A stretch of 64,000 nt of DNA from an uncultured Actinomycetes bacterium (lineage in GTDB: Bacteria; Actinomycetota; Acidimicrobiia; IMCC26256; PALSA-610): assembly GCA_963835455.1 (NCBI GenBank), contig CAWIFT010000006.1, positions 204,503-268,502 on the forward strand. Reading direction: 5' to 3'. Position numbers and translations under genes: made by a program. The first letter of the stretch is position 1; each line of letters opens with the position of its first letter. The notes beneath the pieces were generated by a model. That model saw only the letters and a list, made by a program, of their open reading frames with translations, was not told where the DNA came from and searched no databases. Shown here one piece after another: positions 42,545 through 51,221 of this stretch.

Positions 42545-43744
42545 GTGACGAAGACGCGGTCCCTCGCGATTCCCGGTCTGGTGCTCGCGCTCTCGCTCGC
42601 GGCCGCCGGTTGCGGCGGTCAGCCGTTTCCGACCACCGCGCCGCGGCCGTCGGTCTCGCCGCCCGCGACGGCTCAGGCGCGTCTGCTCGCGGCGGTGAGG
42701 AACACCAACGCGGCGAAGACCGCGCGCTTTGCCGTCGACATGTCGATGACGGGCCTGGGCCGCGCGGCCGGCGCGCCGACGGGCTCCATCGCGGTCACCG
42801 GATCGGGTGTGATGGATCTCACGCAGCGGCGCTTCTCGATGCAAGTGGCGAGCAACGACCCGTCCCAGAAATCGATGGAGATTCGGGTCGTCGGGAACAC
42901 GGTGTACCTGAAGTCGGACGCGGGTTGGACGAGTCAGCCGGTCGGCGCGGCGAGCGCGTTCACGCCCGTGCCGACGAGCTATCTCGACTACTTGAAGGGC
43001 CTCGGCGGGACCATCCGCGTCGAAGGCCGCGAGACCGTGCGCGGCGCGGCCACCACGCGTTACCGCGCGACCATCGACTTCTCCCGCACGGCGGCGAGTC
43101 TCCGTTCCCCGACCAAAGGCGCCGTGGTCAAGGGCTTGCTCGACCTGATCGGACTCACGAAGATCCCGGTCACGGTGTGGCTCGACGATCTCGGTCGCAT
43201 GCGCAAGATGACGATGACGATGGATCTCAGCTCGCTCGGCAAGGGAATGAACGCGCCCGCCGACTTCGCGCCCAAGATGGTGCTCACGTTGGAGATGTAC
43301 GACTTCGGCGCGCCGGTGTCGGTCGAGGTTCCGAGCGGCGCGGTGAAGGCGAAGGCGAACTCCTCGTCCTCGACCGTCTGTCTCTCCGGTACCTGTCCCG
43401 GGGCGGACACCGGCCCGACGGCACACGACATCCAGTCCGACCTGCGCAACGCGCTCACGGCGGAGAAAGTGATCTACACGGATTCTTCCGCGTACAGCGA
43501 CGACATCGCGGCGATGAAACAGATCGAGCCGTCTCTCGACTGGGGTGGCCGGCTGAAGGTCGTCGCCGGCAACTCGTCGGTGGCGAGTCACGGGCTCGTG
43601 TGCCTGAGCGAAGCGTCGAACGGCTTGGTGTACTCGATCGGCGACGTCGCATCCGGTCCGAGAGCCGGCACCTACTTCGGCACGACGCCGTGCGGCTCGC
43701 CGGTCAGCGAAGGCTCGTTCGACCGGTACAAATCGAGCTGGTAG
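42545..43744 (+). CDS. secreted lipoprotein, paralog B, with about 130-aa pilin-like C-terminal extension
   Basis: GTG at 42545 with lipobox LAAAGC. It is homologous to paralog A up to FGAPVSVEVP. It then continues DIQSDLRNALTAEKVIYTDSSAYS..., resembling the globular part of type IV pilin-like proteins. Confidence 0.6.
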   Translation: MTKTRSLAIPGLVLALSLAAAGCGGQPFPTTAPRPSVSPPATAQARLLAAVRNTNAAKTARFAVDMSMTGLGRAAGAPTGSIAVTGSGVMDLTQRRFSMQVASNDPSQKSMEIRVVGNTVYLKSDAGWTSQPVGAASAFTPVPTSYLDYLKGLGGTIRVEGRETVRGAATTRYRATIDFSRTAASLRSPTKGAVVKGLLDLIGLTKIPVTVWLDDLGRMRKMTMTMDLSSLGKGMNAPADFAPKMVLTLEMYDFGAPVSVEVPSGAVKAKANSSSSTVCLSGTCPGADTGPTAHDIQSDLRNALTAEKVIYTDSSAYSDDIAAMKQIEPSLDWGGRLKVVAGNSSVASHGLVCLSEASNGLVYSIGDVASGPRAGTYFGTTPCGSPVSEGSFDRYKSSW

Positions 43745-43796
43745 CCGGGGCGGCTTCGATCACGTCGGAGAATCGCCCGCGGGTACGCTCGACCCC

Positions 43797-44591
43797 GTGC
43801 AACAGGTGATTCCGTCGGTCGGTTGGGGTGTTCTCCACCTCTACTACCGCGTCGACCGAGAGCGCGCCGAGCGCGACGCGAGCGCGGGGAAGCACGTGCG
43901 CGACGCGGTCGCGGCCCTCGAAGCCGACGGGCACCAGGCGTTGGTGCTGGCGATGCTCGGGCACAAGGCCGACCTCGGAGTGATCGCGCTCGGCCCCGAT
44001 CTCGCGCGGCTGCAGCGCTTCCAGAACGAACTGCTCGCGGCGCCGCTCGAGCCCGTGTACTCGTACGTTTCGCTCACCGAGCAGTCGGAATACGGCGCGA
44101 CCGAGGACGACGAGCGCGCGCGTCTCGCGCGTGAGGAGGGCGTCACAGGTGAAGAGCTCGAGGCCCGGCTTGCCGTGTGGCGCGACCGGATCGAGCACTA
44201 TCGCGAGAACCGCGTGCACCCGAATCTTCCGGCCAAGAAGAGCTGCTGCTTCTACCCCATGTCGAAGCGGCGCGCGACCGACGCGAACTGGTACGAGCTC
44301 CCGTTCGACGAGCGCAAGGATCTGATGGCCGGCCACGCACGCGTCGGCCGCACGTACGCGGGTCGCGTGTTGCAACTCATCACCGGCTCGACGGGCATCG
44401 ACGACTGGGAGTGGGGCGTCACGCTCTTGGCCGACGACCCGGCCGCGCTCAAGGAGATCGTGTACGAGATGCGCTTCGATCCGGTCTCGGCCCGCTACGC
44501 GGAGTTCGGTCCGTTCTTCACGGGCCTCGTGCTCGATCCGGCCGACGCGTGTGCTCGCGTCGGCTTGCGCAGCGGAGACGACGCTCGATGA
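43797..44591 (+). CDS. hemQ: chlorite-dismutase-family coproheme decarboxylase (HemQ/ChdC)
   Basis: 264 aa with CCFYPMSKRR, NWYELPFDERKDLMAGH, DDWEWGVTLLADD and EMRFDPVSARYAEFGPF. Confidence 0.8.
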   Translation: MQQVIPSVGWGVLHLYYRVDRERAERDASAGKHVRDAVAALEADGHQALVLAMLGHKADLGVIALGPDLARLQRFQNELLAAPLEPVYSYVSLTEQSEYGATEDDERARLAREEGVTGEELEARLAVWRDRIEHYRENRVHPNLPAKKSCCFYPMSKRRATDANWYELPFDERKDLMAGHARVGRTYAGRVLQLITGSTGIDDWEWGVTLLADDPAALKEIVYEMRFDPVSARYAEFGPFFTGLVLDPADACARVGLRSGDDAR

Positions 44592-44842
44592 CGCAGCGCA
44601 CGGACGCGATCCGGCTCTTCGTGTCGATCCCGGAAGCGCTCGTCGAGCGCCCGATCATCTACGAGATGATCAAACAGTTCGACGTCGTGCCGAGCATCCG
44701 GCGCGCGAACGTGGAAGCGCACTCCGCGTGGGTGATCCTCGAGCTCTCCGGTTCGGCGCAGGCGCGCGACGCGGCGGTCGCGTTTCTCCTCGGTCTCGGC
44801 TGCACGGTCAACAACATGGAAGGCGACGTCGTCGCCGGTTGA
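44588..44842 (+). CDS. stand-alone NIL-domain protein
   Basis: ATG at 44588 overlaps the hemQ stop (ATGA). The 84-aa sequence IRLFVSIPEALVERPIIYEMIKQFDVVPSIRRANVE...VILELSG...AVAFL resembles the MetN C-terminal NIL domain. Confidence 0.5.
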   Translation: MTQRTDAIRLFVSIPEALVERPIIYEMIKQFDVVPSIRRANVEAHSAWVILELSGSAQARDAAVAFLLGLGCTVNNMEGDVVAG

Positions 44843-44858
44843 CGCCCCGTCGTTGTCG

Positions 44859-45137
44859 TCAGGGGGCGACCATCTCCCACATCGCGAACGCGACGTACTC
44901 GACGCCGTCGTGCATCTCGGTTCGACCGGCCCGGCGGAGCTCGCCCATGCACGCCTTCGCGGCCTCGAAGCCGAGGATCCGCTTGAAGTCCGCGACCGCG
45001 ACGAGCAGCGGTCCGTCCGCGTCGCCCTCCCGCAGCAGTGCGTCGACCTCGAGTACGGGGTGCGCCGGATCACGCGGGTCGATGCACGCGCAGTGATAGA
45101 CGATCCGCTCGAAGACCGACAACGCCCGGAGTCGCAC
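44859..45137 (-). CDS. hypothetical small protein
   Basis: This is the C-terminal 93 codons of ORF 44859..45464, from GTG 45137 (VRLRALSVFERIVYHCACIDPRDP...VAFAMWEMVAP). It has protein-like composition. The upstream part of the ORF is Ala/Ser-rich and antisense to the next gene. Confidence 0.35.
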   Translation of the reverse strand: MRLRALSVFERIVYHCACIDPRDPAHPVLEVDALLREGDADGPLLVAVADFKRILGFEAAKACMGELRRAGRTEMHDGVEYVAFAMWEMVAP

Positions 45138-45153
45138 GCGACGATGTTGGCCG

Positions 45154-45666
45154 ATGCCGACCCCCGCTGACGACCACGCACCCGACCCGGCGGCCGATGC
45201 CGTCGCGGGCAACGCACTGATGGCGGAGGGCTCGGCGCGGTTGGTGGCGGGCGTGGAACAGCTCGGCGCGGCGTGGGTCGTCGGCGTGGTCACCGGCCTG
45301 ATCGACGCGTGGGGGAAGCTCGATCCGGCGGCGCGGGCCGGCGCCGTCGCGGCCGCGGCCGCCGCCGGCGAGCGGGCGGCGGCGCGCGTCGCATCCGAGC
45401 TCCGGGAGCTGTTCGAGCTCGACCCGGCCGCGCAACGCTCGACGCCGCTCGAGATCATCCGCACCCTGGCGCGCGAGGCGAGCGCCGTGCTCCGCGCCGC
45501 GGGGGTCCCCGAGGTCGTGCGTGATCCCTTCGAGGCGCGCGCCTTCCCCGACGACGTCTACGGCATCGTGCTGAAGACGCCCGCCGAGCTGGGCGACGAC
45601 GAGCTGGGGGGCGCGCTCCTCGCGTGGGGTATGGGCAAGGCGAAGGTCCTCCGGGCTCGTGCGTAG
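45154..45666 (+). CDS. hypothetical protein
   Basis: A 170-aa ORF with a globular-looking C-terminal half (TPLEIIRTLAREASAVLRAAGVPEVVRDPFEARAFPDDVYGIV). I recognise no family. Confidence 0.45.
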   Translation: MPTPADDHAPDPAADAVAGNALMAEGSARLVAGVEQLGAAWVVGVVTGLIDAWGKLDPAARAGAVAAAAAAGERAAARVASELRELFELDPAAQRSTPLEIIRTLAREASAVLRAAGVPEVVRDPFEARAFPDDVYGIVLKTPAELGDDELGGALLAWGMGKAKVLRARA

Positions 45667-45709
45667 ATGCCGACGACTCCCTGAAGTCGACTCGCGGTGA
45701 AAGACGGAT

Positions 45710-45747
45710 GTAACAATCGGGCCTTCGCTCGGTAACAGCTTTCCGTC
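45710..45747 (+). promoter_or_regulatory. candidate GlnR-type operator upstream of amtB
   Basis: Two GTAAC half-sites start at 45710 and 45732, exactly 22 bp apart. That is the a-site spacing of actinobacterial GlnR boxes (gTnAc-n6-GaAAc-n6-...). The b-sites (GCCTT, CCGTC) are poor. Confidence 0.3.
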
Positions 45748-45783
45748 AGGTTCGCTCGCGACGCACGTAAGGGTGGCAACAAC

Positions 45784-47025
45784 ATGAGCATCAATGCCGG
45801 AGACACCGCGTGGGTCCTCGCGTCGGCCGCACTCGTCATGTTCATGACGCCCGGTCTCGCGTTCTTCTACGGCGGCATGGTCCGGGCCCGGAACGTGCTG
45901 ACCATGCTCATGCAGAACTTCTTCTGCCTGGGTCTCGTGAGCGTGCTCTGGGCCGTCGTCGTGTACTCGGTGGCGTTCGGTGGCACCAACAAGTGGATCG
46001 GGAACTTCGAGTACGCGTGGATGGGGCACTTCAACACCGCACCGGCGGGGCTCTCCCTGTCGATACCGCCGTCGCTGTACATGGCGTTCCAGCTGATGTT
46101 TGCGGTGATCACTCCCGCGTTGATCACCGGTGCGATCGCGGATCGCGTCCGGTTCGGTGCGTGGGCGTGGTTCGCCGGGATCTGGGTGATCCTGGTGTAC
46201 GCCCCGGTGGCACATTGGGTCTTCGCGCCGTCGGGCTGGCTCTTCCAGCGCGGCGCGCTCGACTTCGCGGGCGGCACCGTCGTGCACATCAACGCCGGGA
46301 TCGCGGCGTTGGCGGTGGTGATGGTGATCGGCCGGCGACGCGGGTGGCCCCACTCGCCGATGCCTCCGCACTCGTTGCCGCTCACGCTGCTGGGAACGGG
46401 AATCCTGTGGTTCGGATGGTTCGGGTTCAACGCCGGTTCGGCGCTGGGCGCCAACGGCATCGCGGTACAGGCGCTGGTGAACACGCACATGGCCGCCGCC
46501 GCGGCCATGCTCGGATGGGTGGTCGTCGAGTTCTTCCACGGCGGCCGGGCCACGATTCTGGGCGCCGCGTCCGGCGCGGTTGCCGGCCTCGTCGCCATCA
46601 CCCCGTGCGCGGGATATGTCGGCGGTATGTCGCCGCTCGCGATCGGGGCGATCACCGGTGTCATCTGTTACGGCGCGGTGAACCTGAAGTTCAAATTTCA
46701 CCTCGACGACGCACTCGACGTGGTCGGCGTGCACCTCGTGGGCGGGATCGTCGGGTCGCTGCTGCTCGGCTTCTTCGCCGACAAGGCGGTCAATCCGGCC
46801 GGGCGTAACGGCGTGCTCGTACACGGAGGTGGCTTCGCCCTGCTCGGCGACCAGGTGGTCGCGGTGGGCGCCACGCTGGTGTACTCGTTCGTCGTGACCT
46901 TCGCGATCGCATGGGTGCTCCACAAGGTCCTGCCCGGTGGGCTCCGGGTCGACGAGGAAGCAGAAGATGTCGGCCTCGACCTGCGCGAACATGCGGAGGT
47001 CGGCTACTCGTTCGCCGAGCGTTGA
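45784..47025 (+). CDS. amtB: ammonium transporter
   Basis: 413 aa, multi-pass membrane protein with DTAWVLASAALVMFMTPGLAFFYGG, DFAGGTVVHINAG and GVHLVGGIVG. Confidence 0.93.
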   Translation: MSINAGDTAWVLASAALVMFMTPGLAFFYGGMVRARNVLTMLMQNFFCLGLVSVLWAVVVYSVAFGGTNKWIGNFEYAWMGHFNTAPAGLSLSIPPSLYMAFQLMFAVITPALITGAIADRVRFGAWAWFAGIWVILVYAPVAHWVFAPSGWLFQRGALDFAGGTVVHINAGIAALAVVMVIGRRRGWPHSPMPPHSLPLTLLGTGILWFGWFGFNAGSALGANGIAVQALVNTHMAAAAAMLGWVVVEFFHGGRATILGAASGAVAGLVAITPCAGYVGGMSPLAIGAITGVICYGAVNLKFKFHLDDALDVVGVHLVGGIVGSLLLGFFADKAVNPAGRNGVLVHGGGFALLGDQVVAVGATLVYSFVVTFAIAWVLHKVLPGGLRVDEEAEDVGLDLREHAEVGYSFAER

Positions 47026-47433
<408 letters not shown>

Positions 47434-47500
47434 CTCCGGACCGGAACTGATCTCGGCGCGTCTGCGCGACGCGCGCACGGCACTGATCGCCGACACCTCG

Positions 47501-49957
47501 TTGCGCGGACGCGCGTTCGGGGCCGCGATGGCGGATGCCGTCGATGTCGCGCTCGTCGAGGCCTTCGGCGACCTCGGCGCCGCGGGCGACGTCGCGCTGG
47601 TGGCGCTCGGGTCGTATGCACGCCGCGAGCTGTGTCCCGGCTCCGACGTCGACGTGCTCCTGGTGCACAACCTGCGCGGCCGGCGCACCGCCGAGACCGT
47701 TCGCTCGATGGCCGAGCAGCTGTGGTACCCGCTGTGGGACGCCGGCTTCGTGACGGGCCACGGTGCGCGCACGATCAAGGAGTCGATCGCGCTCGCCGAC
47801 GACGACATCGACGCGCTGACGTCGTTCCTCGACGTGAGGCTCCTCGCGGGCTCCGGCGACCTCGCGCTCGAGCTCGAACGGAAGGCGCGCGAGCTCGCGG
47901 AGCGTCGTCGTGGTCGCGTCCTGCCGGTGCTGGCCGATGCCGCCGACGTGCGGCGCCTCCGTCCGGGCGTGATCGCCGATCTCCTCGAACCCGACCTGAA
48001 GGAGGGGGCGGGAGGCCTGCGCGACCTGCAGTCCTTCGACTGGGGCGGCTGGGCGTTGGGTGCGCCCGGCGGTTGCGCGGCGATGGTCGAGCGCGGCCTG
48101 CTCACCGCGGCCGACCTCATCCGGGTCGAGGCCGGGCGCGAGCTCCTCCTCGACATCCGGGTCGCGTTGCAACGCGTGACCAACTCGCATTCCGACCGGC
48201 TCGCGTTGCAGGAGCAGGACGCAGTCGCCGCCCAGCTCGGGCTCGAGTCGGCCGACGCGCTCGTGCACGACCTCGCGAGCGCGGCGCGCGAGATCGCGTG
48301 GATCGCCGGCGACGTGTGGTCGGGGGTCCGCGACCTGCTCGACGGGCCGCGCGCGAAGGGCGCGCCCGCCGATCACGCGGTCGCCGAGGGCGTGTGGTTA
48401 CGCGACGGCCGTGTCCACATCGACACGCGCGCCGACGGTTCCATCCCGCCGCTGCGCACGCTCGAAGCCGCCTGCGCCGCGGCCGAGAACGCCGTGCCGT
48501 TCGATCGCGCGTCGTTGGCGCGTCTCGGCCGCACCGACGAGCCGACCTGGGACGTCTGGCAGCGCGCCGGTTTCGTTCGGCTCCTGCGTTCCGGCGAGCA
48601 GGCCGTTGCCGTGTTCGAAGCGCTCGATCACGAAGGCGTGCTCGCGCGACTCCTTCCCGAATGGGAGCACGTCCGGTCGCGTCCGCAACGCAACGCGTAC
48701 CACCGGTACACGGTCGACCGTCACCTTCTCGAAGCCGTGGCGCAGTGCGCGCGGCTCCTCGACGCGGGCGAGAAGCGCTACGAAGCCGGCCAGGAGGTCG
48801 ACGTCGAAGCCGTTGTCGCCCGGGCGTGTCGCCGACCCGAGCTCCTCCTGCTCGGCGCGCTGCTGCACGACATCAGCAAGGGCATGCCCGGCGATCATTC
48901 GGAGGTCGGGGAGCACACGGCCGAAAGCGTCGTGCGGCGCATGGGCTTCGACAGCGAAGCCCGCGAGATCCTGCCGTGGCTCGTGCGCAACCACCTCCTC
49001 ATGGCGGACGTGGCGACCAAGCGCGATCTTTCCGACGCGTCGGTCGCCGACAACGTCGCGGCCGCGTGCTCCGGCGACGCGGAGCGACTTCGCCTCCTGT
49101 ACCTGCTGACCATCGGCGATTCCAAGGCGACGGGGCCCGCGGCCTGGAATCCGTCGAAGGCCGCGCTGGTGCGCGACCTCTTCGTCAAGGCCGCCACCGC
49201 GATCGAACGGGGCGAGGCGAAGGCGGTCGCCAACGACCGGCGCGACGCCTTGCACGAGCGCCTGGGCGACGAGCGTGCGGGATCGTTCCTCGCGCGCCTC
49301 CCGGAGCAGTACGTACTCGCGTTCGACGTCGACACGATGTGCATGCACGAGGAGTTGCTGCGCGACGCGCCGACGGTCCGTTGTGAACGCGTCGCGGGTG
49401 GTCACGTGGTGATCACCGTCGTCGCCGACGACCGGCCCGGGTTGTTGGTCACGCTCGCGGGTGCGTTGACCGTTGCCGGACTCGATGTGTTGGAAGCCAG
49501 CCTGTTCGGTACGACCGACGGCCTGGCTCTCGACGTCTTCCACGGCGCCGACCCGTTCGGTCGCGTCGCCGACGACGGCGGCGCGCGCGTCACCGAGACG
49601 ATCGGGCGCGCGCTCGCGGGTGACATCGACCTCGCGGTGAAGGTCGACGAACGTCGCCGCGCCTACGCGCCGATCACGAAACCGTCGACGCCCGACGTGC
49701 ACGTCGACGTGCATTCGGACCAGTCCGAGACCGACACGCTCGTCGAGGTGCACGCCGACGACGACATCGGATTGCTGTACCGGCTCGCGTCGGCGTTCAC
49801 GGAGCTTTCACTCGACGTGCGGATCGCGAAGGTCGCCACCCTCGGCAAGCGCGTCGTCGACGTCTTCTACGTGCGCGACTCCCACGGCGGGAAGATCGAC
49901 GATCCCGACGCGGTCGTCCATTTGCGGGCCGTGCTCGTCGATCGCATGACTGGCTAG
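47501..49957 (+). CDS. glnD: [protein-PII] uridylyl/adenylyltransferase GlnD
   Basis: NTase motif GSYARRELCPGSDVDVLLV, HD domain LLHDISKG, and two C-terminal ACT-like domains. TTG at 47501 is the first canonical start. GlnD-like sequence (PELISARLRDARTALIADTS) extends upstream in frame, so the start is uncertain. Confidence 0.85.
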   Translation: MRGRAFGAAMADAVDVALVEAFGDLGAAGDVALVALGSYARRELCPGSDVDVLLVHNLRGRRTAETVRSMAEQLWYPLWDAGFVTGHGARTIKESIALADDDIDALTSFLDVRLLAGSGDLALELERKARELAERRRGRVLPVLADAADVRRLRPGVIADLLEPDLKEGAGGLRDLQSFDWGGWALGAPGGCAAMVERGLLTAADLIRVEAGRELLLDIRVALQRVTNSHSDRLALQEQDAVAAQLGLESADALVHDLASAAREIAWIAGDVWSGVRDLLDGPRAKGAPADHAVAEGVWLRDGRVHIDTRADGSIPPLRTLEAACAAAENAVPFDRASLARLGRTDEPTWDVWQRAGFVRLLRSGEQAVAVFEALDHEGVLARLLPEWEHVRSRPQRNAYHRYTVDRHLLEAVAQCARLLDAGEKRYEAGQEVDVEAVVARACRRPELLLLGALLHDISKGMPGDHSEVGEHTAESVVRRMGFDSEAREILPWLVRNHLLMADVATKRDLSDASVADNVAAACSGDAERLRLLYLLTIGDSKATGPAAWNPSKAALVRDLFVKAATAIERGEAKAVANDRRDALHERLGDERAGSFLARLPEQYVLAFDVDTMCMHEELLRDAPTVRCERVAGGHVVITVVADDRPGLLVTLAGALTVAGLDVLEASLFGTTDGLALDVFHGADPFGRVADDGGARVTETIGRALAGDIDLAVKVDERRRAYAPITKPSTPDVHVDVHSDQSETDTLVEVHADDDIGLLYRLASAFTELSLDVRIAKVATLGKRVVDVFYVRDSHGGKIDDPDAVVHLRAVLVDRMTG

Positions 49958-49969
49958 GGTCGGGCCTGC

Positions 49970-50656
49970 ATGGACAACTCGAACTTCGCCGATTCCGCGG
50001 CCGACCTCTTGCGGTGGGCGGAGACGTTGTCGGGGATCGCGCGGACCGGACTCGGGTTCACGCAGAGCCTCTACGAAAAGGAACGGTTCGAGGAGGTACT
50101 CAAGGTCGCGGCCGACATCCGCGCCGCGGCGATCGACGAAGCCGAGTCCGAGGTGCTCTTCGAGGAATGGTTGAGCACGGTCGGCGACGGAGTGGCGGGC
50201 TACGTCACCCCGAAGGTCGCGGTCGCGGCGGTGGTCGGCAACGAACGCGGCGAGATCCTGCTCACCCAGCGCGCGGATTCCGGTTGGTGGCTGTACCCGG
50301 TCGGTTGGGCCGACGTCGGCTACTCGCCGTCGGAGATCGCGATGAAGGAAGTGCTCGAAGAGACCGGCATCGAGTGCGAGCCGGTTTCGCTGATCGCGGT
50401 CCTCGACGGTCTGCGGCTCGGGTTCGCGCGCGTGCCGATGTACTCGATCGTCTTCCACTGTCGCATGACCGGGGGCGAGCTGAAGGGGCATCCGCTCGAG
50501 ACGAGCGCGGTCGGCTTCTTCGCCCGGGACGCGCTCCCGCAACCGTTGGCCGGCGCGCACCGCTGGCTCGATCTGGCGTTTCGCGCCATCGACGGTGAAG
50601 CCGTGGAGACCTGGTACGACCCGCCCCGCAATCCCACCTGGCGCGGGGACGCGTAA
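49970..50656 (+). CDS. NUDIX hydrolase with N-terminal helical extension
   Basis: 228 aa with a Nudix box around GWADVGYSPSEIAMKEVLEETGIE. Confidence 0.75.
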   Translation: MDNSNFADSAADLLRWAETLSGIARTGLGFTQSLYEKERFEEVLKVAADIRAAAIDEAESEVLFEEWLSTVGDGVAGYVTPKVAVAAVVGNERGEILLTQRADSGWWLYPVGWADVGYSPSEIAMKEVLEETGIECEPVSLIAVLDGLRLGFARVPMYSIVFHCRMTGGELKGHPLETSAVGFFARDALPQPLAGAHRWLDLAFRAIDGEAVETWYDPPRNPTWRGDA

Positions 50657-50660
50657 CCGA

Positions 50661-51200
50661 TCAGCTCGTGAGCTGATCGATGAGCAGCGCGATGATCGAG
50701 ACGTTGCCGTTCGCGCGCTCCCACGCGTCGCCGATGGCCTCGTGGTCGACGAGCCCACTGCGATCCGGCGCGAGCGCGAGTGTCGCCGTTGCGAGACCCC
50801 CGAGGCGCGCCGGTTCGATCTCGTCGCCGTAGGCGGGGAAGGCCTCGAGCCCGTCCCAGAGTCCCGCGAGCGGGCGCACCTCGTTGCCGAGCCGCAGCGC
50901 ATGCGGGTCGACGCCCTGCGTCAGCTGCGAGACGACGGCCTCCCAGATGTCGTAGTGCGAGCATCCGCTCGGCGGTTGGTAACCCGAGACGGGATGCAAC
51001 CGGAACTCGAGGATCAGCGCGGTCTCGGCGCCGGCGGCTTGGTCCTTGTCGGGTTCGTCGCCGACCAACCAGGTCTGGGAACCGTTCACGTAACTGTCGA
51101 CGGGCGGACCGAGATGCTCGTCGAGCGCGAGTATCAACTCGGGCGAGAGTCTCCATACGGCGGTCGGGACGAGGTCCACCCCGTAGACCGTAGCCAGCAC
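50661..51200 (-). CDS. hypothetical protein
   Basis: This is the 3' part of ORF 50661..52631, from GTG 51200 (or 51179). It has protein-like sequence (WRLSPELILALDEHLGPPVDSYVNGSQTWLV...HYDIWEAVVSQL). The rest of that ORF is antisense to the WS/DGAT gene. Confidence 0.4.
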   Translation of the reverse strand: MLATVYGVDLVPTAVWRLSPELILALDEHLGPPVDSYVNGSQTWLVGDEPDKDQAAGAETALILEFRLHPVSGYQPPSGCSHYDIWEAVVSQLTQGVDPHALRLGNEVRPLAGLWDGLEAFPAYGDEIEPARLGGLATATLALAPDRSGLVDHEAIGDAWERANGNVSIIALLIDQLTS

Positions 51201-51221
51201 GGGCCCTACGATCGGCCGGAG

